This document shows, in pieces, positions 1 through 10,004 of a stretch of DNA of 64,000 nt. This DNA comes from Candidatus Bathyarchaeota archaeon. Its GTDB lineage: Archaea; Thermoproteota; Bathyarchaeia; Hecatellales; Hecatellaceae. The DNA lies in contig JBQPWD010000004.1 of the NCBI GenBank assembly GCA_052246995.1, forward strand, positions 64,001 to 128,000. Direction: 5' to 3'. The translations under genes were made by a program, and so were the position numbers. Below the pieces are notes generated by a model. The model saw only the letters and a program-made list of their open reading frames with translations. It did not search any database and had not been told where the DNA came from. Numbering within the stretch: position 1 is the stretch's first letter; every line of letters starts with the position of its first letter.

Positions 1-257
1 GCCCAAAACCCATCATAACGCTTGGAAAAGCTCCAAGAATGACACTTTAAACAACTATGGTTACAACCACTTTGGTAAATACTAAAATAGTCTTCAGGTC
101 TAGATAGGTGAGCAGATTTTATTAGTCTAAACCATAAGTTACCCTCTTTTCTTAAAGTTGACAAACACGCAGGCTTATACGACCCGTCAAGCATTTGCGT
201 AAGACAGCTTCCAGGTGAAAATCCATACTTAACCATTTTACAGTAGGTTCTTTCCAA
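1..257 (-). CDS. Radical SAM protein, PFL-activase-like (5' part only; runs off the window edge)
   Basis: Not in ORF track. Manual translation from TTG 257 or ATG 236: MVKYGFSPGSCL...SRPEDYFSIYQSGCNHSCLKCHSW, containing CxxxCxxC. Confidence 0.8.
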   Translation of the reverse strand, partial: MERTYCKMVKYGFSPGSCLTQMLDGSYKPACLSTLRKEGNLWFRLIKSAHLSRPEDYFSIYQSGCNHSCLKCHSWSFSKRYDGFW

Positions 258-316
258 TCTAACTTAAAACATTAAATTTTAATGGGAAAAATTTTACGCT
301 TTAATTGGTGAAGAGC

Positions 317-463
317 ATGGTTTTAGAGTTAAAGGGTCTATGTGAAAAATGCATTAACAACAAATGTAGAAAATGGATTCTTAGAAACATGAATGGCATA
401 GATGGAGAACTCGTAGTTCATAAATGTGAATTCTATATAGCCAACGATGGTAAAGATTCTTAA
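317..463 (+). CDS. 48-aa Cys-rich small protein, possible Zn finger
   Basis: Not in ORF track. MVLELKGLCEKCINNKCRKWILRNMNGIDGELVVHKCEFYIANDGKDS; GGTGA RBS at 307-311; four Cys including CxxC. Confidence 0.6.
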   Translation: MVLELKGLCEKCINNKCRKWILRNMNGIDGELVVHKCEFYIANDGKDS

Positions 464-514
464 AGAGAAGTTAAGCTTAACTTTGTTGCCATTAATATTT
501 TTAAGGGGAAGTTT

Positions 515-1288
515 TTGATTTTAAGTCTTTCAAACTGGCCCTTTTTCCACTATCCTTTACATGAAAGCATTAAAAAAGTTAAAGATTTTAACTTAAACAA
601 CATGGAGTTTAACATGAAATGCGTTGAAAACAAAGCTTTAGAATGCTTAAATAAAGTTGGAGAGATAGTTAAAACCTACGGTATAAATTGTCCTTCGGTT
701 CACAGTATCGTTATCTATGCCGAAGATGAAAAACACGTTAAAGACGTTATTCATATCGCCAAACTTTCATTAAACTATGTATCTAAGCTATCATCAGAAA
801 TTCTTGTAATTCATTCAAACATTTCAAGAAACGTAGAGAAAGAATTAAGAAGAAAAATTTTGGCTGATACTTTTCCCTACATTAAAGATTACGCTGAAGG
901 TTTGAATGTAAAACTAGCTCTAGAAAACTCCGCGCCTTACAGCCAAGGTTATGGTAGAACTGTTAATGAGGTTGAAGAAATATTGGATATTGTAGGTAGG
1001 GATAAAATGTTTTTAACGCTAGATTATGCTCATAGCCAAGCACTAGATCAAACAAAAGATTTTCTTGAAAAATTCTCCCAAAAGTTGGTTAACGTTCATT
1101 TAAGCATGTTTAAACATTCACTAATAGAAAAGGAAAACATACCAGAACTGAAAGAATTTCTTCTTCAACTTAAAAGGCTAGGTTACAATGGACCACTAAC
1201 AATTGAAGTAAACCCAAAATGTGGAGAGAAGGGTGTAGAAAAAACTATTTATTATGTTAGATGGTTAATAAGAGAGTTCTTAAAGTAA
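515..1288 (+). CDS. Sugar phosphate isomerase/epimerase (AP endonuclease 2 TIM barrel)
   Basis: LALEN, TLDYAH, VNVHLS and LTIEV metal-binding motifs. Confidence 0.8.
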   Translation: MILSLSNWPFFHYPLHESIKKVKDFNLNNMEFNMKCVENKALECLNKVGEIVKTYGINCPSVHSIVIYAEDEKHVKDVIHIAKLSLNYVSKLSSEILVIHSNISRNVEKELRRKILADTFPYIKDYAEGLNVKLALENSAPYSQGYGRTVNEVEEILDIVGRDKMFLTLDYAHSQALDQTKDFLEKFSQKLVNVHLSMFKHSLIEKENIPELKEFLLQLKRLGYNGPLTIEVNPKCGEKGVEKTIYYVRWLIREFLK

Positions 1289-1461
1289 ATTTTTATTAAC
1301 CAAAACTAATTTTTGTCAGAGACTGTGATCAGGCGATTAATACTTTCCTTCAATAAGCATCCTACTTGGAAGGTTATAAAAGTTTAAATTGCTTTTATTT
1401 AACATTTAGTAGGAATTTTAAAGGAAAAACAACCGAAAAGTTTTAGAAACACGGGGATAAA

Positions 1462-2691
1462 ATGAGAAGAGTTTTCTCAGGTGTTAAGGTGCTTTATGGT
1501 GAAGAATTTAAACTCGTTAAAGATTGCTACATTCTAATAGATGAAGATGGTAAAATCGCTGAAATAGGACAAGGAAGTTTTGAGGGTAGTGATGTTGTTA
1601 ACTGTAGGGGGCTGCTTGCCATTCCGAGCTTTATTAATGCTCATTCACATATTGGAGATTCATTTGCAAAAGAAAGAGGGTATGGTGTTGAATTTACAAA
1701 AATTGTAAAACCTCCAAATGGTTTGAAGCATAAGCTTCTTAAAAAGGAAAAAGCTAGAACGGTTGTTGAAGCCATAAAAACAACTTTAAAGGATATGCTA
1801 GCTTCAGGTATAACGATCTTTGCAGATTTTAGGGAGAATGGAGTTAAAGGAGTTGAAATTTTAAGAGAGGCTCTAAAAAAATTTAAGGTTTACTCTATAA
1901 TCTTTGGTAGGCCCTCCATATATATGAATGAAGAAACACTTAAAGAAAATTTGAAACCGTTACATTGGAAAATTTTAAAGGAGGTTTCTAACCTTTTAGA
2001 GGTTGCTGATGGTATAGGATTAAGCAGTCCAAATGAGTATACTGATAAGGCTTTAATGCAAATTTCAAGCATCTTTAAAGGTAAGAAGCTTATAGCAACT
2101 CATGCCGCGGAACATCCAGAGTCTAATAAGATTTCATTTGAAAGGTCAGGTTATAGTGAAGTATATAGGGCTTTAAAAATTCTTAAGGCAGATGTTTTAG
2201 TTCATCTAACCAATGCATCAGAGGATGATTTAGAAATGGTTAAAGATGAAAAAGTTGGAGTTGTTGTATGCCCAAGAGCTAACAGCATACTTGGTGTAGG
2301 TTTTCCACCAGTAAAGAAACTTATGGACATGGATGTGAATGTTGCCTTAGGTTCTGACAATGTTATGGTTAATCAGCCTGACATGTTTAGGGAGATGGAT
2401 TACATCCTAAGGTTTACAAATGCCTTGGAAAAAAAGCCGTCAACCTTAAAACCTGAAGAGGTTTTTAAAATGTCAACAATCAATGCTGCCAAGGTTTTAA
2501 AAATAGAGGATAAGTTTGGTTCAATTGAAGAAGGAAAAATCGCGAACCTAGTTTTTATTAACCCAAACGATTTGAACCTTCAATATACAAGTAAGCTTTT
2601 AACAACTATTATTCTTAGGGGAAGAAATGAAAACATTAAACTTGTAACATACCATGGTGAAACCGTTTTTCAAAGAGAAAAAATTTCTTAA
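1462..2691 (+). CDS. Metal-dependent amidohydrolase/deaminase
   Basis: INAHSHIGDS (HxH), HAAE, VH, GSDN, GSIEEGKIANL. Confidence 0.85.
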   Translation: MRRVFSGVKVLYGEEFKLVKDCYILIDEDGKIAEIGQGSFEGSDVVNCRGLLAIPSFINAHSHIGDSFAKERGYGVEFTKIVKPPNGLKHKLLKKEKARTVVEAIKTTLKDMLASGITIFADFRENGVKGVEILREALKKFKVYSIIFGRPSIYMNEETLKENLKPLHWKILKEVSNLLEVADGIGLSSPNEYTDKALMQISSIFKGKKLIATHAAEHPESNKISFERSGYSEVYRALKILKADVLVHLTNASEDDLEMVKDEKVGVVVCPRANSILGVGFPPVKKLMDMDVNVALGSDNVMVNQPDMFREMDYILRFTNALEKKPSTLKPEEVFKMSTINAAKVLKIEDKFGSIEEGKIANLVFINPNDLNLQYTSKLLTTIILRGRNENIKLVTYHGETVFQREKIS

Positions 2692-2714
2692 ATTTTTAAA
2701 GCAAATTTCCATAG

Positions 2715-3509
2715 CTATTTCCCTTTCCAAGCAGGCTGCCTTTTTTCAAGGAAAGCTGTTACACCTTCTTTTGCATCTTCTGAACTTATATGGGTTGCAA
2801 GTATCTCTCCAGCCATAGCTAAAGCTTTAAAGTACTCCGTGTCAAGACAGCGGTAAACAGCTGATTTAAGCGACCTAAGAGCTGCTGCACTTTTACTTAA
2901 AAGTTTATTAACATACTCTGCTGTAGCTTCTTCTAGCTTTTCATGAGGTACAACCTTATTAACCAAGCCTATTTTTTCAGCATCCTTAGCTGGAATCATA
3001 TCCCCAAAATACATCAACTCTAAAGCTTTTCTAAGTCCAATTAAGCGTGGAAGCTGAGCTACAGCTATACCTGGAAAAACTCCAACATTTATTTCAGGTA
3101 AACCAAACATGGCTTTTTCTGAGGCAATTATAAGGTCTGTGGAGCATGCAAGCTCACATCCTCCTCCAAGAGCTAAGCCGTTTACCGATGCAATTGTAGG
3201 TTTACCTGAATGATAAAGAATACGTATCACATCGTAGAAGCCGTAAAATTCGCCTGAAACTCGGAATTCGTATGGGGTTTTACCTTTAAAATCACCTATG
3301 TCAAATCCAGCTGAGAAGGCTCTGTCACCAGCTCCTGTAATAACTATAACTTTAACATCTTCATCATCACGAGCATCCTGCAAAGCTAAACAAAGCTCCT
3401 TAAGAGTTTTAATGCTCAGAGCGTTTAAAACCCGCGGCCTGTTTAATGTTATTTTTGCAACTTTGTTTTTCTTTTCATAGACTATATTTTCAAAGCTTAA
3501 AGTCAACAA
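2715..3509 (-). CDS. Enoyl-CoA hydratase (crotonase)
   Basis: LNRP..LNAL, AFSAGFD, GGGCE and PE (both catalytic Glu present). Confidence 0.9.
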   Translation of the reverse strand: MLTLSFENIVYEKKNKVAKITLNRPRVLNALSIKTLKELCLALQDARDDEDVKVIVITGAGDRAFSAGFDIGDFKGKTPYEFRVSGEFYGFYDVIRILYHSGKPTIASVNGLALGGGCELACSTDLIIASEKAMFGLPEINVGVFPGIAVAQLPRLIGLRKALELMYFGDMIPAKDAEKIGLVNKVVPHEKLEEATAEYVNKLLSKSAAALRSLKSAVYRCLDTEYFKALAMAGEILATHISSEDAKEGVTAFLEKRQPAWKGK

Positions 3510-3564
3510 TTTTCACCTCAACATAATGATGCAATTAAATATTATAGTTTTTTAAACCTAAAAT

Positions 3565-4257
3565 ATGTTAGGGTTAACATTGACTGTCCAGAAGGAAAAG
3601 CCTTATGTAATTTTAAGTGCAGCCATGACTTTAGATGGTAAAATTGCAACAAAAACCCGTGATTCTGAAATTTCAAGTTTAGAGGATTGGGAGAGAGTTT
3701 ATAGGTTAAGGTCTGAGGTTGATGCATTAATGATAGGTATAAACACTCTACTTACTGATAATCCAAAGATAACTCTGAAGTATCCTCGAAAAAAACCACT
3801 TATAAAAGTTGTTGTTGATAGTTTAGCGAAAACGCCTAAAGATGCAAAAATCCTTCAGAATAAGGATGGAAGTGTGGTTGTTATTGCTGTTACTGAGAAT
3901 GCGCCAAAGGATAAAGTTGAAGAACTTAAAAAAGCTGGCGCTGAAATTATTTTTGCTGGTTCCGGTAGGAGGGTTGACCTTAAGCATCTTCTTAGAAGTT
4001 TATGGGATATGGGGGTAAGAAGTGTTATGGTTGAAGGAGGTGGAACGTTAAACTGGAGCTTGGTGAGTGAGGGTTTGGTTGATGAAGTCAGAGTTTCAGT
4101 AGCACCTATCATTGTTGGAGGTAAAGATTCTTTAACTATTGTTGAAGGGGAAGGATACAACAGAGTTAAGGATGGACTTAAGCTTAGACTTACAAATGTT
4201 GAGGTGATTAACAGTGATGTTGTTGTATTGACCTATAAAAGGGTAATAGAGGAATAA
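3565..4257 (+). CDS. arfC: 2,5-diamino-6-ribosylamino-4(3H)-pyrimidinone 5'-phosphate reductase
   Basis: KPYVILSAAMTLDGKIAT, GINT..DNP, VEGGG; stand-alone RibD C-terminal domain. Confidence 0.9.
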   Translation: MLGLTLTVQKEKPYVILSAAMTLDGKIATKTRDSEISSLEDWERVYRLRSEVDALMIGINTLLTDNPKITLKYPRKKPLIKVVVDSLAKTPKDAKILQNKDGSVVVIAVTENAPKDKVEELKKAGAEIIFAGSGRRVDLKHLLRSLWDMGVRSVMVEGGGTLNWSLVSEGLVDEVRVSVAPIIVGGKDSLTIVEGEGYNRVKDGLKLRLTNVEVINSDVVVLTYKRVIEE

Positions 4258-4302
4258 TAACTACTGTCCACTACTACGAGTGAAAGAGGGATTGCAACTT
4301 AT

Positions 4303-5574
4303 TTGAATAAGTTAAATGAAGCTTTAACTTTAAAAAACTTGGATAGAGTTAAACACGTTCTTTTAACTAAAGGCTTGGATGAAATTTCAAGAGAAGTTGA
4401 TAGCAATCTTAGGGAAATTCTGTTTAGAAGGGTTGAAGGACGATACTTAAGTGCTGATGAATGCTACCTGCTTAAGAATACTAAATTTGAAGAATTACCA
4501 ATGCTTTTAATGGTTGCATTTTTAATAAAAATTAAAAAGAAGGAGAAAAAGCTAAGCTTTTCAAAAAAAGTTTTCATACCTTTAACCAATCTTTGCAGAA
4601 ACTTTTGTAAATACTGCGGGTTTAGGAAAACACCTTGGAATGGGGGGAGGTTTTTAAAACCAAAAGAAGTTTTGGAAATTGCAAGGTTAGGTGAGAAGTG
4701 TAATTGCCATGAAGCACTTTTTACTCTTGGAGAAAAACCTGAAGAAAAATATGTTGAAGCAAAAAGACAACTAGCATGGATGGGATATAGAAGCACTATT
4801 GAATATTTAAGGGATATGTGTGATTTGGTTCTATCTAAAACTAGGCTTTTTCCACATAGCAACCCTGGAGTTTTAGAGAGTGATGAATTAAAGATTTTAA
4901 AGGAGGTTAACGTTAGCATGGGTTTAATGCTTGAAAATATCAGTATAAGACTTTGTAAAAGGGGTGGACCTCATGAGTTTAGTCCAGGGAAAAATCCTAA
5001 AATACGGTTAAAAGTTTTAGAAGAAGCAGGCAGACTTAAAATAGCGTTTACAACAGGAATTCTTCTGGGTATTGGTGAAAACTGGAAAGAGTTTATTGAT
5101 TCACTTTTAATTTTAAGAAATGTTTATAGAAGATTTAAGCATATTCAAGAGGTTATTATTCAACCGTTTGTAGCTAAAACTGGAACACCCATGGAAAGGC
5201 ATCCGCAACCATCAACATTAGACCTTATTAAGGCTATAGCTATTTCTAGGATAGCTCTTGATGATGAAATAAACATCCAAACACCACCAAACCTTCCAGA
5301 AAAAAAAGCATTAACCATTCTACCATTTTGCGGGATAAATGATTGGGGTGGAATTTCTCCTGTAACATCAGACTATATTAACCCTGAAAAACCCTGGCCC
5401 AAAATTTGTGAACTTAAAAACTTAAGTTTTAGCTGTGGGTTTATTTTAAAAGAACGTTTACCAATTTACCCAGAGTACATTACAAAGGAATTTAAATTTA
5501 TTCCGGAAAATATTAGAGATAAGGTTTTAAGTGTAGTTGATGAAGAAGGCTACGTAAGAGAGGATTTATCATAG
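4303..5574 (+). CDS. cofG: FO synthase subunit CofG
   Basis: FIPLTNLCRNFCKYCGF, EALFTLGEKP, PHSNPG, QEVIIQ, DWGGISPVT.DYINPE.PWP. Confidence 0.93.
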   Translation: MNKLNEALTLKNLDRVKHVLLTKGLDEISREVDSNLREILFRRVEGRYLSADECYLLKNTKFEELPMLLMVAFLIKIKKKEKKLSFSKKVFIPLTNLCRNFCKYCGFRKTPWNGGRFLKPKEVLEIARLGEKCNCHEALFTLGEKPEEKYVEAKRQLAWMGYRSTIEYLRDMCDLVLSKTRLFPHSNPGVLESDELKILKEVNVSMGLMLENISIRLCKRGGPHEFSPGKNPKIRLKVLEEAGRLKIAFTTGILLGIGENWKEFIDSLLILRNVYRRFKHIQEVIIQPFVAKTGTPMERHPQPSTLDLIKAIAISRIALDDEINIQTPPNLPEKKALTILPFCGINDWGGISPVTSDYINPEKPWPKICELKNLSFSCGFILKERLPIYPEYITKEFKFIPENIRDKVLSVVDEEGYVREDLS

Positions 5575-6708
5575 TTGTACACGTTTAAGGAAGAATTTTT
5601 TAAAAGTTTAGATTCTGATACTTCAAGTATTCTAGATAAAGCCTTAAATGGGAAGGAAATTTCTGAAAAAGAAGCTTTAAAGCTTTTTACTGTGAAAGGT
5701 ATAAATTTTCATGCATTAATTCTCGTGGCAGACTGGTTAAGGTTTAAGAGGGTTGGCGATATTGTAACCTTTGTTTGTAATAGAAACATTAACTTTACAA
5801 ATGTATGCCAAATTAGATGCGATTTTTGTGCTTTTAGTAGAGATTTAAATTCACCGGATGCATACCTTTTAAAGCCTAGCGATGTCCTGGCTAAGGCAAA
5901 GGAGGCATGGCTTAAAGGAGCAACCGAAGTTTGCATTCAGGGAGGGATAAACCCAGTTTTAGATTTAACCTACTATGAGGAAGTTTTAAAAGCGATTAAA
6001 AAAGAAATACCTAAAATTCATATTCATGCATTTTCACCAATGGAAATTGCCTACATGAGTTGGAAAAGTGGATTAATGTTTGATGAAGTTTTAGTTAGAC
6101 TTAAAGAAGCGGGACTTGATAGTATGCCTGGAACAGCGGCAGAAATTCTTGTTGATGAGGTTAGAAGGAAAATTTGTTCAAGAAAAATTGGAAGCCATGA
6201 GTGGATTAAAATTATAACAACCGCCCACAAACTTGGGATACCTACAACCGCAACCGTAATGTATGGGCATGCAGAAAGTTTAGAGAATTTAGTTACACAC
6301 CTAAAAGTTTTAAGAAACATTCAAAAAGAAACTAAAGGATTTACGGAATTTATTCCTTTAACATTTGTCCACTGGAAAACCCCCCTATACCTTAAAGGTG
6401 GGGTTAAGGCTGGAGCAACTGGTGCAGAAGACCTTAAGCTCTACGCTATTTCAAGGTTGTTTTTTAACGGAGTAATAGACAATATTCAAGTTTCATGGGT
6501 TAAGCTTGGAGCTAAATTTGCTCAAGTAGCTTTAACCGCAGGTGCAAATGACTTTGGCGGAACATTGATGGAGGAGAATATTTCAAAAAGTGCAGGTGCA
6601 ACTGCAGGTGAAAACATGTGCGTAGATGAGGTTGTCAGGTTGATAAGAGATTTGGGAAGGATACCCGCTCAAAGAACAACAACATATAAAATACTGAAAA
6701 AATTTTAA
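5575..6708 (+). CDS. cofH: FO synthase subunit CofH
   Basis: NRNINFTNVC...CDFCAF, SMPGTAAEIL, NIQVSWVK, ANDFGGTLMEENI; abuts cofG. Confidence 0.93.
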   Translation: MYTFKEEFFKSLDSDTSSILDKALNGKEISEKEALKLFTVKGINFHALILVADWLRFKRVGDIVTFVCNRNINFTNVCQIRCDFCAFSRDLNSPDAYLLKPSDVLAKAKEAWLKGATEVCIQGGINPVLDLTYYEEVLKAIKKEIPKIHIHAFSPMEIAYMSWKSGLMFDEVLVRLKEAGLDSMPGTAAEILVDEVRRKICSRKIGSHEWIKIITTAHKLGIPTTATVMYGHAESLENLVTHLKVLRNIQKETKGFTEFIPLTFVHWKTPLYLKGGVKAGATGAEDLKLYAISRLFFNGVIDNIQVSWVKLGAKFAQVALTAGANDFGGTLMEENISKSAGATAGENMCVDEVVRLIRDLGRIPAQRTTTYKILKKF

Positions 6709-7502
6709 GCTTGTTCTTTACTCCTTCTCCTTTCTAGAAATTCTTTAACAATTTTTAAATGTTCTTCAGATTTTAGGCATAAACTTTGAACAGTAGATTC
6801 AAGATTTAAAGTGGATTTTAAGTCTAAGCTAATTCCCATGTTTAAAACCATTTTAGCTAAACTTAAAGCTTTCCCTGGATTTTTAACTAGTTTTTCTACT
6901 AACTTGTTTACTTCCTCTTCAAGCTTTTCTTTCGGGACAACCTTATTAACTAAGCCTATTTTTTCAGCTTCATAGGCGCCAATAATATCACCAGTTAGGA
7001 TAAGTTCCTTAGCTTTTAAAAGTCCAATAATCTTCGGTAAAAAGAATGTTGCACCACTATCCTGAATAAGCCCAATCCTACTAAATATCTGCGAAAATCT
7101 TGCATTTTCAGATGCGATTATAAAGTCGCATGCTAATGCAATGCAAAAACCTGCACCAGCAGCATCTCCATCAACTACAGCAATAGTAATTTTTGGAAGA
7201 TTTGCAATTCTATGGATAACTTCTAGATGAAAAAAATCTATTCTTCTCTTAATTTCTGCTGGTTCAAGTTGGTGGAAAATTTGAAGTTGAGAAAAATCCG
7301 CGCCAGCGGAAAAGGAACCTCCAGCACCAGATATAATAACAATCTTAACATTTTCATCAAACTCAACATTTTTAAGGGCCTCAACTACTTCTCGAGTTGT
7401 TTCTTCGTCTAAGGCATTCTTTACTCGGGGTCTATTGATAATTATCTTTGCAACAACACCACTTTTCTCAAAAATTATGTTTTTAAACATAAAATCCCAC
7501 AA
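6705..7502 (-). CDS. Enoyl-CoA hydratase/isomerase, PaaG-like (probable start 7490)
   Basis: Crotonase motifs FSAGAD and GAGF; no catalytic Glu, has GLIQDSG Asp. Confidence 0.85.
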   Translation of the reverse strand: MWDFMFKNIIFEKSGVVAKIIINRPRVKNALDEETTREVVEALKNVEFDENVKIVIISGAGGSFSAGADFSQLQIFHQLEPAEIKRRIDFFHLEVIHRIANLPKITIAVVDGDAAGAGFCIALACDFIIASENARFSQIFSRIGLIQDSGATFFLPKIIGLLKAKELILTGDIIGAYEAEKIGLVNKVVPKEKLEEEVNKLVEKLVKNPGKALSLAKMVLNMGISLDLKSTLNLESTVQSLCLKSEEHLKIVKEFLERRRSKEQA

Positions 7503-7644
7503 AGGATAGTTATGCTAAGTTAGGGTTTAAATTAGTTGTTATAAGAAGCCTATAGAAAAATTTTCTGTTTAGCAGACGTTAAAGAGTTAATGTTTTATAT
7601 TTGCTTATGGTAGTTTTATAGTAATTTGGAATAACTAGGTACAA

Positions 7645-7929
7645 GTGGTGATGAAGAAATTGGTTAGTGATAAGGTTCTAGGTGGTTTAATGTTTGTTGG
7701 AGGGGTTATAGTGTTTATTATCTATGCTTGGGCCTTATTCTTCGCTGGCGGGGTAGCGTGGTGGTGGGCTATCAGCATTGTTGCGATTGTTGCTGTTGGA
7801 GCAGTATGTGTAATAATAGCTTGGGTTGGTTATACTCTACTTACTACACCTGCACCAAGCCCGGTAACGCTTGAACCTGAACCTGAAACCGGTAAGGTTG
7901 AAGAAGAGAAGAGTGAAGAAACAAAATAA
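7645..7929 (+). CDS. Conserved archaeal two-TM membrane protein
   Basis: Two hydrophobic helices, WVGYTLLTTPAP motif, acidic tail. Confidence 0.7.
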   Translation: MVMKKLVSDKVLGGLMFVGGVIVFIIYAWALFFAGGVAWWWAISIVAIVAVGAVCVIIAWVGYTLLTTPAPSPVTLEPEPETGKVEEEKSEETK

Positions 7930-7934
7930 GGAGG

Positions 7935-10004
7935 TTAAAGTTTCTCAATAAAACTTATGTTGTCTCTTTTTGAAACAAAGATTTTTGTTGAAGCTTCCTT
8001 TGCAAGTTCTTCCGAGTGAGTAACAGCAAGAATTTGTCTAACCATTTTTAGGTTTGACATGGCTTTGGCTAAAGCTTCAATACTTCCATCCTCTTTACCC
8101 AAAGCTTCTGTTGGTTCGTCAAGAATAAGCAATTCAAAACTTTGGCCAGTCTTAGCCTCCATTATAAGTCTTCCAAGACCAATTCTGTAAGCTAAAGCAA
8201 GCCACGTTCTTTCTCCGCCAGAAATCTGGTTTACATTTCTTCTAAAACCAGATTCATCAATAAGAATCGGCGTGTATTCTTCATCAATTTCAACATAAAA
8301 GCTTCTTTCAGACCCTAATGTTAAACTATCCATAACAGATTGTATAGTTTCTCTTAAACTATCAATGTAAGCTTGCCTAAGTAGTGGAACAATTTCTTTA
8401 TAGGAAAACCTTAGTAAATCAATAATTTTACAGACCTTGTCAGCTAAATTTTTTTGCTTAATTTTTTCCCTAGCAGTTTGAAACCTCTTCTCAATAATTT
8501 CTAACTGATTTAACTTTTCCTTAACCATTTCCTCTTGGTGTTTAAGCTGGTTTAAAAGGTTTTTATATCTTAGAAGCTTTTCTTCCCTAACTTTTCTAGC
8601 GTTTTCAACTTCATCAACATTGAAAGTTGAAATTTCGTTTTCAATGTTTTTAAGCTTTGATGATAGGTTCTCCTGGAGCCTTAATTTTTCGTTAACTACA
8701 TCTTTAAGTTTGTTAAGCTCTTTTTTCTTATCAGAAAGAAGTTTTTCAACCTCGCCTATCTTAAATTCTAATAGTTCAACTCTGTTTTTTGCTTCGGAGG
8801 CTGATTTAAGCTTAAGCTCAACCTCGTTTAACCTGGATTCTACTGTTAAAAGTTTTTGTTGAACGTCAGAGTATTCAGTTGTAATTTGGTTAACTATTTT
8901 ATACCTCTCAAAAGGTTCAATCTTTCTTCTACATGTGGGACATATATCTTCGTTTTCAAGAATAGTTAAAGATTTTTTAGCATTATCAACAAAGCCTTTT
9001 AAACTTGAGAGTTCATTTTTGATTTTTAAAGATTCCTTATCTAATCTTTCAATTAAGCTTTTAAGCTCGGATAAGCTTTTAACATAAAAATTACCTAAAA
9101 TCTTCTCTTTTTCGTCTTTAATCTTCTCTAAACTATTACTATAATTTTCAATTTCAAAATTTTTATCTTCAATCTGCTTTTTAGAGTTTTCAATATACGC
9201 AACATTTTCACCCAGAAGTGTAAGTATTTTCAACTTTTCTTCTTTTAAAGCTTCAATCTTTTTTTCTAAAGTTTCTAAACTCCTTAGATTTTCTTCTGCA
9301 TCTTTAAAGCCTTTTTCAGCTTCAACAATTAGGCCTTTAAGGTTTTCAATTTCGCTTTGAAGATTTACATATTCAACTAAAAGTTTGTCGTACTGGTTTT
9401 TAAGCTCAATAAAACCGACAACATCAGGGTCTTTTTCTAGAGTAAGACGAACAGCATCATAATGCTTTTTATATTGGAGAAGGTTTTCCCATGCTTCATA
9501 AAAATCTGTAAAACCAAAAAGTTCGTCAAGAAGATTTTGCCTCTCACGTGGGGTCATGTTTAATATTTCTTTAAGCCTTTCTTGTTGAATCCATATGAAC
9601 TCCTCAAACATTTTCTTGTCAATACCAATTATGTTTTTAAGTTGTTCTTGAACCGCGTGAATTTTTCCCCATGCCAGAAGCTTGCCGTTTTCTGATAGTG
9701 TTAGTGTGCTTGAGTCTTGACTAATTCTACCACCTTTTTCCCTTTTTAAGCCTCTAACAATTTTGTACATTTTACCTAAATGTTCAAATTCAACAGAAAC
9801 TTTACAGTTGTTCTTATCTTCTCTTAATAGGTATCCATAATCCTTGTAAAGCGGTTCACCAAAAAGAGCAAAATGGAGAGATAGAAGTATGGAGGTTTTA
9901 CCTGTGCCAACACCTCCAACCATGCAGTTAAAACCTTCATTAAATTCTACTTTTGAGGATAGATGTGAACGAATATGTTGAATTTCAATCCTTTTTATAA
10001 TCAT
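7935..10004 (-). CDS. rad50: DNA double-strand break repair ATPase Rad50
   Basis: Walker A GGVGTGKTS, CPTC hook, ISGGE signature, LILDEPT; ATG at 10004 with GAGGT RBS. Confidence 0.93.
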   Translation of the reverse strand: MIIKRIEIQHIRSHLSSKVEFNEGFNCMVGGVGTGKTSILLSLHFALFGEPLYKDYGYLLREDKNNCKVSVEFEHLGKMYKIVRGLKREKGGRISQDSSTLTLSENGKLLAWGKIHAVQEQLKNIIGIDKKMFEEFIWIQQERLKEILNMTPRERQNLLDELFGFTDFYEAWENLLQYKKHYDAVRLTLEKDPDVVGFIELKNQYDKLLVEYVNLQSEIENLKGLIVEAEKGFKDAEENLRSLETLEKKIEALKEEKLKILTLLGENVAYIENSKKQIEDKNFEIENYSNSLEKIKDEKEKILGNFYVKSLSELKSLIERLDKESLKIKNELSSLKGFVDNAKKSLTILENEDICPTCRRKIEPFERYKIVNQITTEYSDVQQKLLTVESRLNEVELKLKSASEAKNRVELLEFKIGEVEKLLSDKKKELNKLKDVVNEKLRLQENLSSKLKNIENEISTFNVDEVENARKVREEKLLRYKNLLNQLKHQEEMVKEKLNQLEIIEKRFQTAREKIKQKNLADKVCKIIDLLRFSYKEIVPLLRQAYIDSLRETIQSVMDSLTLGSERSFYVEIDEEYTPILIDESGFRRNVNQISGGERTWLALAYRIGLGRLIMEAKTGQSFELLILDEPTEALGKEDGSIEALAKAMSNLKMVRQILAVTHSEELAKEASTKIFVSKRDNISFIEKL

